A stretch of 64,000 nt of DNA from Octopus sinensis (Eukaryota). Shown here in pieces: positions 1 through 14,354 of the stretch (position 1 is the first letter of the stretch; each line of letters starts with the position of its first letter). The notes beneath the pieces are model-generated. The model ran no database searches. It worked only from the letters and a program-made list of their open reading frames with translations, and had not been told where the DNA came from. The translations under genes and the position numbers were made by a program. The stretch covers positions 68,634,001 through 68,698,000 of the forward strand of contig NC_043005.1 in assembly GCF_006345805.1 (NCBI RefSeq), read 5' to 3'.

Positions 1-602
1 CATTCTGATTTTAATATGATGCCCAACAAAATTGCTTAATCGTCGGATGCTTGGAATTCATCCTTCCTAAATTGAGTTTGATTTTAAATCAGTTTGTCTG
101 GGAGCCTCTGCATATTATGCATGGCGATCCTTTAATCTATCATAGATTTTTTTTAGTTTTATGAGACTTCAGTTGTCTATAAATTTTGCTCGTTTTTGCC
201 TCCAAATTTGTTTGGTAATCCAACTCTTTTTCTGTTTATTAGCTTTTGATATTTTCCGTTAATTTAACAGTTTTGTACATTGCTTAGTTATCTGCATTGG
301 AAAACCAAGTGTTGGTGGAAATATTGATTATCCAATTGTTCTAAATGCATTTCCTTGTAATGAGTCTTGTCCATTATTACAGTGGCTCCTCCTTTGTCAG
401 TTTCTTTAATGACTATAGCGAATCTTTCTGTAGACATTGCTATGTTTTTTGTTCTTTATTTGCAATATTTGATCTTATACAATTAGCTGGAATGTTCAAT
501 TTTATTGATGTTTTCAGAAACATTATATATTCCTCTAAGTGTTTATTCCTGTTCCTCGGAGGTTTTATCATGTACTATTTTATAATGTGATGGATCATCG
601 TA

Positions 603-675
<73 letters not shown>

Positions 676-960
676 TCCTTCCTTCTTTCTTTTTTTCTTT
701 CTTTCTCTCTCTCTCTCTTTCTTTCTTTCTGTTTTCTTGAAGAATTTCTTTAGGCGAATTATTCAACAACATTTCTAAGTATGTTTTATATGATTAGCTG
801 TGTCAGGTTTTGAAGCTCGTGTGAAATTAATTCCATATTCTAAAAAAAAATATCTTTTTCGTCTTCACAAATATGTTGCTGTTTTAAATTTAGTAGTTTT
901 GGATCAATTCTTTAACTTCATCCCTGAATTGGTGTATCGCGAATGATTGCAACTTATTGT
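1..960 (-). mobile_element. Decayed Penelope-like element RT ORF relic (N-terminal RT region), interrupted by a (CTTT)n tract
   Basis: Manual minus-strand translation gives VIKETDKGGATVIMDKTHYKEM (PLE 'ADKG..V.MD' motif), RLSNFVGHHIK and EDEKDIFLEYGINFTRASKPD (PLE 'GLNF.PTP'-like). Many stops and frameshifts. Confidence 0.7.
605..730. repeat. (CTTT)n microsatellite
   Basis: Directly visible; source of the FLSF/KERK ORFs. Confidence 0.95.
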
Positions 961-2515
961 ACTCTGCTAAAATCACTAAATAAATCTAAAGAGTTTTTTT
1001 TCTTTAACTAGAATAAGGGATGTATCTATCGTTTATTCACTGTCGGAGTTTTGGTGTATATATGCCGTGTAGGAGTTTGCTTTCACTGAGTCTCTAGGAC
1101 TACATCCATTGCGAGGATGTTGGTGGCTGGTGGCACGTTTGCGAAACATGCTTGAAATGTTGGTAATCAGAGAGAGAAAGAGAGAGAGATAGAGAGAGAT
1201 AGAGAGGGGGTGGGGAGGGAGTACCTTTCCATGAATAACAATATAGCAAATGAAGTGCCGATTGAGAATGTTGTGGTTGACGAAGAACCTCCAAGTGACT
1301 ACACGTAAAGCAAGGATTTTTTGGTACAGAAGCTATGATTTCTAGATGCTTTGACATCTTTCCTGTCCTTAGTATTATGCATTTATTTCAAATTCATTAT
1401 TTTAAACCTGTCCAAGTCATCAGTTATTAAATTGCTTCTATTCTGTTCAACTGAAATGTACTTTTGTATGTCACTGACATTTGCGCCTCAGTGCAAAATC
1501 GTTATCGAATTACACGTAAGTACAATGTTCATATTATGTTTAAAAGTGTGCTAATATTTGTAAGATGAAGAATCTTTTGCACTATACTATAAAAAGTGTG
1601 AGTTATTCATATTTACAATGGTAGACGTTATACGAACTTCCAACATACAATATTAGATTATGGGCGAGGCAGTCTAGAATTCATATATTCTCAAAATGAC
1701 AAATATAAACTCTAAGTGTTATTTATATCCAACATTGGCGCATAAAAAATTCAGGCATAATAAATTCTTGCTCCAAAGCGGTTTGCTGGCAATTCCAAAT
1801 AGCTAGAATGTTTTAATTGACTCCATCAGTATCACACGGCATTGTATAATTCATTTAAAGTTAGGATACGTTTGAGGTAAAGATTATTTTTGAGGCAATT
1901 ATTATAAACTATTGAATCATTTCCAATTTATAATTGGTACCAAGTTTGTAGACACTGTATTGATACAGAATTTCAAATCGCTTCATTTATTTTTCAGCTC
2001 TAGCGTAAAATAAAACCATTCATTTATATTGATTATTACACACCAATTACATATATATATTGTGTATATATGAAAATCTAATTCAACTCGTAAATATACT
2101 TCATTCGTAAGTTAAACTAAAGTATTTGCTGTATCATAATTATCAAGTAAGTCTGATACCCATCTCTGATTGTTGTGTGTTGAGTATTTTCCAGTGAAAT
2201 AAACCTCTGGATAGTCGTTAAAACTATTACAGATAGCTTTTCAAATTTGTGTTGAATCGGCTGTTTAAATTAAATAACACGCTCGCTCACCATTTCAAGG
2301 ACATTCATGCCACGGTGATTTTGACAACCTATTTGTTACCCTAAAGTTCAGTCCATCTCCACTCTATGTAGATGGACATTACGACTTTTGTTGTCTTTAA
2401 TATTTGTTGCAGCTATAATGGTATGATTATGCATGTATAATTGGATGGCTTTGATTCAATCAACATACATTTGATTATTGATTTTGCAGATGGGGAAAAC
2501 TAACCCACTGTACGG

Positions 2516-2578
<63 letters not shown>

Positions 2579-5500
2579 ATATAGTGCCTTGATGAAATTC
2601 GACCAGTGAAATTATATATGTAATTAGCAGATAAAATCTTGTATTGTGTTTGAAATATATTAACGATATCATCAGATGATCAAAATCTTTGAGCAATATA
2701 AAAAAATACTCTAAATTCGGATGGCTGCAACACATCCCTTCAGTGTTGTTACTCTGAGACGAATGAAAATAGAAGATATCTGCTGAAGCTTTTGTAAGAA
2801 AACATTTGACAAACAATATGATCTTTGAAAATACAGCAGTCATAATCTTTGTTACTTGCTCTGATTATATATGTAACGACATAATTTCAGTTCTAGTAAA
2901 TTTGGAAAAGTATAATATAGTAAACGAACCATCCACATTTAACGAACAGAAACTAAGAATAAAGACCCTGCATGATTGCGTACGCTTTGCTACAGGTCAA
3001 TCAGCTGAAAAGATTCCATAATTTAACACCGAAGAGTAGTTATTATATGCAACATAGAAGAGAGCTTATCAGAAGCACATAGTTCTAGGAAATATGACAT
3101 CGATAGTGATAAACGTTCTGTTGTTGTAATTAAGTTTACTTTAGCGTATTCATTATTTTGATACAGATGTATAAAAAGATATTGAAGAGTGCTTTTAATT
3201 TCATTGTGCTTATGTCGATTATTGTAAATATTTCTGGAAGCATTTAATAACTTGAGTATCTATCCAATTATAAAAAGATCAAATAGAAGTAGGTTGAAAT
3301 CTAACAGCGCATCTAACAGCGCAATCGGATGTGATACGTTTTAACATTAAAAAGACACTGCCTTAAAGTAAAAGGAAAGAACTACGGGGAAAATATTGTG
3401 TTAGAATGTGGAGACGACTTATTAGACATCGGATATAACGATTTCTGGTTCGGGAATAAGAGACGGTCGAATTTCTTAAACAATATGTCTGAAAAGACGA
3501 AAAATTGATTGAACTGAAAGAAATGTAAACGGAAAAGACGGTGCGCTAAGAACGGGAAGTTGCACTTTTACAGAATTTGTATTCGTTTCGTGTTTACAAT
3601 GTAGAATTTCTGAAAAGTAAATGCAGAATTAGAAAGCAAAACTGTCAATAAGAAATTATTGTAAATTTTCTTGAAGAAAAACAGACAAATCAATCTAATG
3701 TAGTTCGAAGATAGATGATAACGCAGACAGTAACTGTAATTTGAGCATGGCGGATTACGTTGCGATACGTATCTATATAACGAAATTGTATTTATTGCTA
3801 TCGTGTTAGATACATAAGAATAGGAATGAAGATTTTACACGCTCGTTTACAATTTATACTGCTCGAGGAGTTATAAGGAAGCAAATAAAAGCAGCTGTAC
3901 TTCGCATGTATAACAGAAAACAAAAAGTAAAAGTTAAACTAAAACAGCGTCACTTTAGCAACAAATATGATTGAGTCAATAATGGTGTCGGAGGAAGTGT
4001 TCAAATACAAAGTGTTCTTGGTATGTTATTTGTTGACAGTAAACATTTAGAAAACTACAAATCAAAGATAAATTCGGATTTTAGACAACTTCAGGGATGT
4101 ATGTTTGTTTAGGACAAACACCTTACACGTTGGAACAGTTCATATTTGACTATACATGGCTATACAACATCAGACGCGTTACAAGTATTATCAAGAATAC
4201 AATTATAGATTTTATTTGTTTGAACGATATATAATATATAGCGTTTCTGACCGACTAAAAGGAAATGTGTGATCATTCTCTGAATTGAGTATATGCATAC
4301 AAAATAACGGTGTGTAGATTATGATCCAACGTAGTTGGAAAAACTGTAGACGACGCAGCTCGGTACATGCTTAATTGTAATTTGGAATACATGAAGCATA
4401 ATAATTAGAAAATGCGCAGTTGTTAATAATAGATTGTCATAGACGAAAATTCGAAGCCTCTGGTAATATCCCTTTCTTTGACATGTATTTTCCCAGGTTT
4501 TACTGGTTTATGACTAGTACTCCTCAGGTTACAACAAATGGTCACTAACATTTGTTTTCTCCACATAACTCCATATTGCAGAACGAGAAAATAGAATTTC
4601 CTAATTTTCACTCCCATTTTACTAACAATACAGAGTTAACAAAATCTTATAGAAAATAAAAGTTAAATTCCATGAAAATCTATACCATCGCTTTGTAATA
4701 TCCTCTTAACAAATATTTGGAATTGCATTCTTGTTTGAGATACTTATTTCCTGATCCTAGAACAAACTTTCTACTCAGATTTCACTTCAAACTTGCTGCA
4801 AGGGAAATTACTGTTTCATAAGAAAGTCCAGTTCGACATATACATTCGGTGCCAATGAATTTATTCAAGTATAAGAGTCTCTGATAATGTAGTCATTCTG
4901 AATATAAAATAAGAATTCAATTATTTCGCTCAAAAGTTATACACATAACCTTCAAACTTTATCATCTATTTATGTAATCTGAAGTAATTTGCAAAGAATA
5001 TAACTGCTGCTACTACCAACGACTGAGTATAAGCGTCTTTATACAACTACATATCCTACATGTAACATTCCTTCCCTTCTACATTCACCCAGCCTCAACC
5101 TTATTGCTACTTACGTTAAACGTTAAATAAATTACGTTGAAATATTCCCACATTGCAATCTTTTTAGCAAATCATTAGAGTTAGCCCACAAATTGTCCAT
5201 ATCAACCGCTGAAAACTCTCATTAGCCACTGACTATTAAGTCTCCTGGGATCTCTTTTCTACTTTAGTGACGACCTACATTATAATCACAATTGGATTAT
5301 ATTTATCCTATTGCACATTTGACTATAGAACGAAAGGTGTTTCGTGACCCTTTCTATCTGCAAACCAGGGCTTTGATAACAAGAAATTCCTGGTGTTAGG
5401 TCTTTTTGGGATCAATATCTGAAAACCAGAGTGCGATTTAAATGACCTTCACTAATAATAGTCATCTTAATTCAAGTTTTTATCCATTCTATGCCTTAGC

Positions 5501-7343
5501 TCTCATAAACGCTTTGTGCATACGTCTTATGATATACAACTTCACGTGAAAGACAAATAAACACCATAAGCACATAACAAAAAATACACTCAGTACATAC
5601 ATTGAGATCACACTCAAAGTAGGCCAAACAAAGTAGGAATACTCTCCTGTGGCAAATCTTAATAAATAAAATTCAACTGGTATTATCTGAAAATCTACAC
5701 ATGGTTTCACTAGATAATTTCTGTGTATATAACGTGAACTCTGCTGTTTCATAAACACAGTCATATACACGAACACATATTTATACATTTATTTGTATTT
5801 AGCAGTAAATGCGAAAATATTATCTGAACATAAATTAATTCCCTACATGGCGTAAGGTTAAATATTGTATTTTACTCTGATCGTGCGAATAATTATAATA
5901 TATGAGAAAAGCTGAAACGAATGGAATAATGACAAAAGCACACACTCATAAATAGATGACTATATTTTATTATATTTGAAAATGCACATATAAGTATACA
6001 CGTGCAACTATATATGTACATACGTACATAAATATACAGGCATACATGTACACACATATATAGGGAGATAAAGGGTGAGAGAAAGAAAAGAAAATGATAG
6101 AGGAGGAGAAGAAATAAGGTAGATGAACACGGTAAAAGCCTGTGCTAAAATCATCAATAAGCCCCAGGACATTTCTCTATGTCTCAATTTGGATATTCTT
6201 GCTATATAATCATTAAAAGATAAGAAGCAATAGTGTAGTAAATGTTTCACTGAACTGTTTCCTAAACAACGCCAAACAAAATTCCAATCAAGACTTTCTG
6301 CACTGCCTTTAGGCTATAATAAGGTTTGGTTTCTCATATATTTCAGAAAAATAGGTCATTATATTGTTAGAACTAATACTAAATATATAAATTAGACAAA
6401 CAATAGTTTAAAAGGAACGAAGAAAGAAATAAGCGTATATACAAACCGGTAAACAGTATAATAGGTTTTTGGATACATTATTGTAGAACATTGCATGTAG
6501 ACAACAAATAATGGAGGAAAATGATGCAATATGAAGTTATTAGGAAGAAAAGGAACAGAGAAAATTGTACTTTTGAACAGATCAGCAAAATGGCTGAATA
6601 AGAATGAACCAAGGTGGATGAAAACGTTAATGATAATAATAGTGGTAGTGTTTACAGTAGATTGCTGTGGACTGACAAATCTACATAGCAGTAGATGTGG
6701 TTGCACCACCTGACGGTGTTTGGTTTACGTTCGTTATAACGATATTGATTTCTGTCTTAGACCCGATCTTAAATAATATGGACAATGGTTCAGTCGACTA
6801 TATCACTTTCAGTGCTGGAACACCATTTATGCTATTTCCCTGAAAACTGAGATGCAGCTGTTTCGATCTCACAATACTAGATAACACAAAATTCTACGAT
6901 TTATTATAAATTCAGACCTGTAGCAACGCTGCTAGTACACCAATGACGCTTTACAACTAATTATTACTTAAGGCGACAGAATGCTTGCTACAAGATGTGC
7001 TTATATTTAAACAAGTTTCTGAATATATTAACAAACATTAGTAACAGTCATAGCTTCTGTTGATTCTTGTGCTGCAATACAGATGAAACTAAAACATTGT
7101 AGAACACACAAACATCTATTTATCTACCTATATAAAGATTGTTTAAGTTAGTACAGCTACATAATGTGCATCACCTCTTACTCTCCTTTTATCGTTGTTA
7201 TATACCTCGTGCCATCTCATCGTACTCTTAACCCGTTGGCATTTTGATTACTCTGTTAAATGAAATAATTATATACTCACATCACTTTGAATTAATCATC
7301 CATTATTTTGTAGCTTCAATATTTCGATGATGTAGTTACTTAC

Positions 7344-7539
7344 TTTAAAAAAGCATTGTAGGATAAGTATGAGATGCGAGATCTGACTGGTTCAAACCAG
7401 TATTTCTGGCGACTATGGTTGGTGTAATTGCTAATGGGATACACCAATTCTCTGTTACATTCGGTAACATCGATGCTAGTCTTGAAACTGATTTGCAACT
7501 GATCAGCGTTGTTGGTAAATTGGTCAATATAACCAAACA
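7344..7539 (-). other. Candidate coding exon of an unidentified host gene
   Basis: 196 nt, tttag| acceptor (weak pyrimidine tract), perfect aa|GTAAGT donor. Open frame FGYIDQFTNNADQLQISFKTSIDVTECNRELVYPISNYTNHSRQKYWFEPVRSRISYLSYNAFL. Phase 1 start is compatible with the exon at 12014-12233. Confidence 0.35.
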
Positions 7540-7654
7540 CTAAAGACTACTCTTGGCATAGAATCTAGGTATACTCAGGCAGTTCAATAAATTTCTATTC
7601 ATGTCAATTTTAGAGGCATTTCCTTATAATAAAACTTTCATAATTGATATATTT

Positions 7655-9255
7655 CACTGGTCAAAAAAAAGAAAGTTGAAATGGTGTCGAGACACCAAAC
7701 ATCTTTCTTTTAGCCAATTTGAAAATTACCTTTTTCTTGACCAGCTACCGTTTTTTCCTGTACAGAAATGCATAATTTTCTTAAAAAAAAAAAAAACATT
7801 TAAAAAATGTCTTCTGTATATTTGATATTGATCGATGGCAATATTTCTCAAAGTGAAATTGTAGAAACCTCTCAATTCGCATTTAAACCAGCAAATATTG
7901 GTCTGCTTATTGGGAAATACTATTTTTGCAATAAGAATCAGCCCTTACGTCTTTAAAAATTAACAAGACCAACATGAATTTTCATCAAATCATTAAATAA
8001 ACTAACAGCAGGAATAAAACCTTCGTGAACATAAGAACTATGGTAAGAATTTTCTCTTTCTTGATTGTCTGTCATGTTCAATGTCATTTAAGTCCCTTTT
8101 GATGCTCCAGAAGTAGTCAGCCATCATTCGTTTGTCCCACCATCCTTGGTAGCGCTCTTCCATTGTTTTGATATCCTAATGGAATCGTTCTCCTTGCTCA
8201 TCACTCACATCGCCGCAATTATCTGGAAATTCATCTAGATGGCTATGTAAAAATTAACCTTAAAATTCATATTAGCGCCTGTGTCCTGTGGATTTTCAAT
8301 AGTTTTTCCACTAACTCCTTGTAGTTTTCGGCCCGACGATTACCTAAGAAGTTTTTCACCACGTCAAGAAACGATGTCCAAGCGCGTAATTCCAAGTCAT
8401 TCACTGAATTAACAAATTCATCAACCTCAATGAGTTTCCCAATACCAGGACCATCAAACGCTCCTGCTTTGAGTTTTTCGGTGTTAAGTCTTGGAAGCGA
8501 TTTACATATATACTCAAAACATTTACTTTCTTTGTCGGGTGATTTTACATTCTGTTTCATTAATCCCAATCTGATATGCAAAGGAGGGAAGATGACTTTT
8601 TCTTTCGGAGCTATCGCTGTACTAATAAGTTTCTTTTCACTGACCTTCAACTCTCGGGGTGGCCAATATTTCATTTTCCAGTCCTCCTCTTTTGCTCTGC
8701 TGTCCCACATACACAAAAACATGGAAATTTCGTGTAGCCACTTTGTTGACCACACAGAAAATTTGCCATTTTCAAATCGACACATGACAAACAGTTATGT
8801 TTGGTGTAGTCAAACTGTTCCGTAACCTGTTTGATGGCACAATGTTTTTCTTTCAGTGTTGTTGAATGACCTATAGGTATTGGCGCATACATGCTGGTAT
8901 TATGGAGCGAAACACATTTCACACTACGATAGAACTATCAATGAACAATCTCCATTCATCAGGATCGTATTTGTGGACGCCTAGTAGATGAAAAATGCTC
9001 CCAACGTCATTGCAATGGTCAAGATCCGTATTCTCATTAAAGAATGGTACAAATTATTCGGCATGCCCTATTTCGATAGAATGTTACCTTTGTATCTTTT
9101 GCTTACAGGTGCTTTTCGTTGAGCTTAGAGGCCAAATGTTCTGCTGATTATTTGCTTAGATTTAAGTCCCGAACCAAATCATTCAGCTCATTTTGGTTAA
9201 AGGGATCTGGCACGGTTTCCGGAACATAGTCAGATAGTTTTTGCTGTATCTCTCA
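7655..9255 (-). mobile_element. Chapaev3-like (CMC superfamily) DNA transposon, 5'-truncated, transposase pseudogene
   Basis: Motifs NQNELNDLVRDLNLSK, KCVSLHN..YAPIPIGHS, GQQSGYTKFPCF, WDSRAK, PPLHIRLGLMKQ, KLKAGAFDGP, NFLGNRRAENYKELV, LHSHLDEFPDNCGDVSDEQGERFH*DIKTMEERYQG..MMADYFWSI. Frameshifts and stops. A putative CAC terminus lies at 7655. The family name rests on recalled motif similarity. Confidence 0.8.
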
Positions 9256-9512
9256 TTTACGTAAGTAAATAAATTGAGTAATTTATTTATTTATATATAT
9301 TATACAAATATTTCACATCAACCCAGATTTTCTACCTTTAAAAACAGGGTGCTACGTCCTTATTACTTGTGCGAATTTTTGCTGTCCTGGTAACTGTTTA
9401 TCTAATTTTTCTATGTTAATTGTAAATAAGGGAAAACACACGCAAATCCATTTATACATACATGCATACATAAATACATACATATATAAATACATACATA
9501 TATACTTGCATA

Positions 9513-9627
9513 GAGAATTAATGCTACACTCATCAAATTCATTGGGTTCTGGTGAGAACCAAGCAGAATACTTCTACTTGGTTTTCACAAGAACACAATT
9601 ACTCTGATGAGGGTAGCATTAATTATC
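9513..9627. repeat. Fold-back inverted repeat (~51-bp imperfect arms, 13-nt loop), MITE-like
   Basis: gagaattaatgctacactcatca...gagaaccaag (9513-9563) is complementary to cttggttttc...tgatgagggtagcattaattatc (9577-9627). Confidence 0.85.
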
Positions 9628-10079
9628 TTGGTCGTTCAAATTTTCTAAACCGATCAATGGATCGATTGAGTAACTCAATCAATAAGGGGCCGATAATGAT
9701 TACTTGAAACTGCTGTATGGAAAATTTGCTACTATAAAGAAATATGTAATGACCATTATTTGTCTTTTCTTATGTACGTTTGAGAGTATGTACGTTTGTA
9801 TCTGTATGTATACACACACACATGCATGTGTGTGCGCGTGTGTATATGTGTGTGAGTGTGTGTGTCTGTGTATGTGTCTAGTGTTAAATAGGGACTTAGA
9901 TGATGGTGAGGCTACCACAGTACGTTCCCCTTACATTCTCGGATATTAGTCCAGTCGATAATTACATTGGATTATCAGAGTAATTTGTTTATCATTTTCC
10001 ATTTATTTTAATCCTTATTAACTCATTAGCACTTTAAGCAAATCCGTCAATAATATATTCACATTTCATTGTTTTATGG

Positions 10080-11400
10080 CTTCTTGTCAACTTTTAACTA
10101 GCTTGTCCATTATTTCACGGTAGAAATCCATGATTTTGTCGGCAGGTATTGACTGAAAGAATTCGTCGATCTATGTTTCAGACAATGCACTCTGAATTAC
10201 CTGTGTCTATTTTCAAATATTTTCTCTCTCCCTGCCTCGCTTTGAAAGATCAGGATATATTCAGGAGTTTACTGAAATTTAAAAAATGCACTAAAATTAC
10301 TCAAAAATGGCAACCTCTCTTGTCCCACCAACTAGTACCCTAACACTCACTTTCATCAGTTCAAATGTCATTAGGAACAACATTTGTTATCATTCTATAT
10401 CCTCATCTTCAACTGCACGGCTTTGATATTACTGGATTTCCCGAAGACTGCCTCTACTTAGTAACATACGAGCAGTCTCTTGGCCTCGAAAGATTCGGGG
10501 AAAACAACTTCAACATCAAGAAGGCAGTTCCATATGTCACGTATAAAAATCTCTTTCCAAAACCGCTTACATTAGGGGCTTTACATCAGATCGTAGCGCA
10601 GAGCGCGTGTTACGAGCTCTTTTTGATTCGCACTATAAACTTTGGTATCTCCTACTTTTGGCGTTTCCAACTTTACTCTTCATTCTATTAATCAATAATT
10701 TCTTTAGAAGTACTCACCGAAAACTCCATCTCCAACCGTCCAAACCCATACGGCAGACATCTAGATTCTTCTCTGATTCTATGAACAGAATCTTTAGGAC
10801 TATCTCGTCAAATTTCTCTCTTTCAATACTTGAAGATACTTTTGCTGAACCTATTAAGGAAAAAATGAACAACACCCAGCTAAATCTGTTAAATGCGATA
10901 CAAATCCGAGGCATCACATTCACTGAGAAACTCTTCCCTTGACACTACATTTATAGCATTACAATAATTACACCAACAAATGGTAGTCCTTCTCTTTTGG
11001 CGCTAATCATTCATCAGCTCCTGTTGAATCTTAAAAGTGTGATGCTGGCCCCATTTCTTGGACTGTCTTTTAATTTTGGCAGTTTGAATATTCCTGATAC
11101 ATTCATCTCTTTTTTTTATCATGCATGTATTGTCCTTCACAGAAACAAAGCCAGACAAAAACTCTGCACTAACTCCTATCCCCAGAACTTGTTCGTAAGA
11201 AGAACAGTCTTTCTAGAACTTCTTCCATGCAGTTGTACTTTTCACATCTTTCAAGTTTGATATATCCAGAAACATTCTTATCGTTTCAATCTAACTGATT
11301 TCATGGAGAGTGGAACAGCTATTGGCAGATCCTATTCCATCAATCCAAACTAATTATTAAAAAATCTCAATGTTGACCTGCAGCTGAACTTGCACAAGTG
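10080..11400 (-). pseudogene. Highly decayed coding-like relic, possibly LINE ORF2 (CR1/L2-like)
   Basis: Long partly open minus frames with scattered stops; RQNHGFLP resembles the LINE RT 'QHGF.P' motif. No other diagnostic motif found. Confidence 0.25.
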
Positions 11401-12013
11401 GTAGGAACTGCGACTTGACTTGAAATTTTCCGCTAATGCAATTACTATTTTTTTTTTACTTTCCCTTAAGAAGTATAGTAATCACAATATCCTATTTTGC
11501 TTTCCTTACTATATTGAGAATCTACACATCATGTAATAATAATCAATTTTCATAAACGGAAATGCACGTATCTTAGAGCCAGATACACTTGTACTAAAAT
11601 CATGTTTCAATATACCTCACTGATCACCTTGAGAACTGTCTTTGATCTAACAGTAGCAGAAATCAATACCTAAGTACAAATTAGTCACGTTCTGATATAT
11701 TTCGATATATGCCTATTATATCGTAACTGATCTCCGAAATTGTAATCATCTAACTACATCTCATTCCATTCTACATAGATGCTTTAATAAATCCGGATGC
11801 GAAGAATATTGATCGAAATATTCTCCAATCATTTAGAACATCGGCAAACAAACCACAACATATTTCAAGGGATCTCATTATACAGAGTCAGGGTCACCTC
11901 TAAGCAATCCACCACGAACAGCTTCGATTCTTATAATAGTAACGACGATTAATTAGAACAAAGAGACACATAGGGTCAATGACTTCAACCGAATTGTTTG
12001 CCATCATACTTAC

Positions 12014-12233
12014 ATCGAAATGTGAGCATGTAGATTTTTATTAACAAAATAGAATTCAGAAATATACTCGCAATTTCAAGTCCACGCATAAACACATCTT
12101 CCTGGAAACCTTTAATTTCCGTTAAAGTTATTGGAAAATTAATTGCTATAAGTATTAATGCTAATGATGCAAACATACCACAATTATACAAAACTGGATA
12201 AATTTCGGTGGGTATCAGAAACGTAAATTTAAT
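12014..12233 (-). other. Candidate exon encoding two hydrophobic segments
   Basis: 220 nt open frame IKFTFLIPTEIYPVLYNCGMFASLALILIAINFPITLTEIKGFQEDVFMRGLEIASIFLNSILLIKIYMLTFR ending at t|GTAAGT. The acceptor is ambiguous (12233 or 12193). Confidence 0.35.
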
Positions 12234-13220
12234 CTATCACTGCAATATATATTTAATAAAGGACGCTAACAGTGGTACTCACCAATATTAGGAAATATCT
12301 TAATTAGTACAGGTTTATTTCTATTTACAGTAATCCCTCAATTAAGAACCTCCCGCTTTATGATGCCTCAATTACTGGCATTATTTTAATTATGACAAAA
12401 AAGTAATTAAGTACACAAGTATTGCGAAGCATTCCTAATAATTACTATTAACGTTTAAACACGAGTCGGAGTCCCAATAATATACGTGTGAGTGTTTGTT
12501 CATCTATTCGGCCATTTAGTTTCTTTACGTCTCAAAGGCGTGCGCATGTTTCCTCCGCTGTCTTTTAACGTCAATACATTCGAGTCAATCCATTATGAAA
12601 AATTTGAAATGAATGATCTATGAATAGTACCTCATGTTTATGTCTTTATTCACACAGTGTATAGCAATGCCATTTCACATATTCAGAAGGTGAGAGATAT
12701 TGCTAACCAGGTGCACCTCAGTGTTTCTACAAATAATATGAATGATGTTTTTCTATCTCACAACAAAGAGTTCACAAATAAGACCTTTTTGAAAAGGAGG
12801 TACTTTATGACAAATCAGAACTGTAGGGAACAATGATATTGTTTCTCCTTACATTCTCACTGACTCGCGGAAGCTTTTTCTTTTACATATTCAAAACGAG
12901 ATTGATACTTCGAAACGGCAATATCCAATTAGGAAAAAAGTTGGCGCAGATCCAAACAACAAACTTGAATCCTTCCTCAAGTGAATCAGATAATACGAGA
13001 GGCAGTGTGACATCATGTAAAGAATATAAATTGAGCGTTAAAGAAATATTGGATAATGAATAATATCTACAGAAATTTATCTATTATTTGAAATGATCGT
13101 ATATATCTAATTATACTTAATTTAGGTTTTATTATTCCTGATTTAATATAAGAATATTTTATGTAAAATCAAATAATCCAGAATGTAAGCACTTTTTATA
13201 GCATTAAATCCCACATGAAA

Positions 13221-13436
13221 TAATCTCACTTAAATATTGCTCTCTTAAATAATAAACAAATAGAAACAATTAAATCGCTAATCTCAGGTACTGCCGTATG
13301 TCCAAATTCTTAAGTTTAATAAGGGAATTCCGTTTTTAAACTTAAGAATTTGGATATACGGCAATACCTGGGATTACTTATTTAATTGTTTCCATTTGCT
13401 TATTGTTTAAGAGAGCAAACTTTAAGTGAGAGATTA
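13221..13436. mobile_element. Loop-less 216-bp imperfect palindrome with TA at both ends; MITE/foldback-like
   Basis: Centre GGAATTCC (13324-13331). Arms of ~107 bp match with scattered mismatches and one 2-nt indel. Confidence 0.8.
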
Positions 13437-14084
13437 TGCTATTCTCAAAATTAAACTTATGACCCTTCACTGTAGAAGAAAGAGATACAAGACTGAGTGG
13501 TTTTGTGTAACCCTGGATCCTTAGTTCATCAGAGATTTTAAATACAGTGTCGTTAATAGCTTTCATAACATTCAGATAAGGTTTGCAGTAATCCATGGAA
13601 ATGGCATAGAATAAAAATCGATTGTAAGAACTTCTCTCAAATTGATACAAGATATCTCTCTTGTCATAATGGAAATGAAATGTACAGCATTAAACTCTCT
13701 GATCAGTTGTATCCTGTTTTCCGAATCCTGTTCGTATGGAGTAACCCTATTTCTGGATTTAACGATGCGAATGATTGCAAATAAATCATTCTTAACTAGA
13801 ATCAATGCCGGATTACAAGTAGGACATTTATACGATTTAAATCCAAATTTATCCCGTCGCTTATCATCTAGTGATTGCTTATCTAAATTGAAAGCTCGCC
13901 ATCTTCTTTGAATAAGTGTATCCTTTTACTGAATAAATATTTTCCAAGTCTGGTTGGATACAATGACAGAAGTGACAAAATCCCCAAATCCATAGGTTAT
14001 CCAATGCAACTTATATGCAAAACTGCTGGAGAGAAAATTATTTAAGACTGTAAACCTACAAAATAGATAGTTAGCATTATATAT

Positions 14085-14135
<51 letters not shown>

Positions 14136-14305
14136 TTATTTATTTATCTATTTATTTATTTATTTATTTATATGTATGTATAGTATGTATGGAAATAAAT
14201 ATATGCGTATTTAGCTACACACAACATACATTTTTATACAGACACATACATCCACACCGACATATATATATATATATAAATAGTTAGACATATATAAACA
14301 TTTAA

Positions 14306-14354
<49 letters not shown>

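Noticed and set aside
2806-4100. Partly open plus-strand frames (e.g. ECGDDLLDIGYNDFWFGNK)
   Set aside because: Many stops, no recognisable motif and no consistent splice signals.
5489-6709. Hydrophobic minus-strand ORFs resembling GPCR TM5-TM7 (YRFVYTLISFFVPF; REMSWGLLMIL)
   Set aside because: The T-rich strand gives hydrophobic peptides by composition. No DRY or NPxxY motif is present and the frames are broken. It would need an HMM hit.
9604-9630. CTGATGAGGG as a hammerhead core
   Set aside because: No downstream GAAA; the sequence is explained as a hairpin arm.
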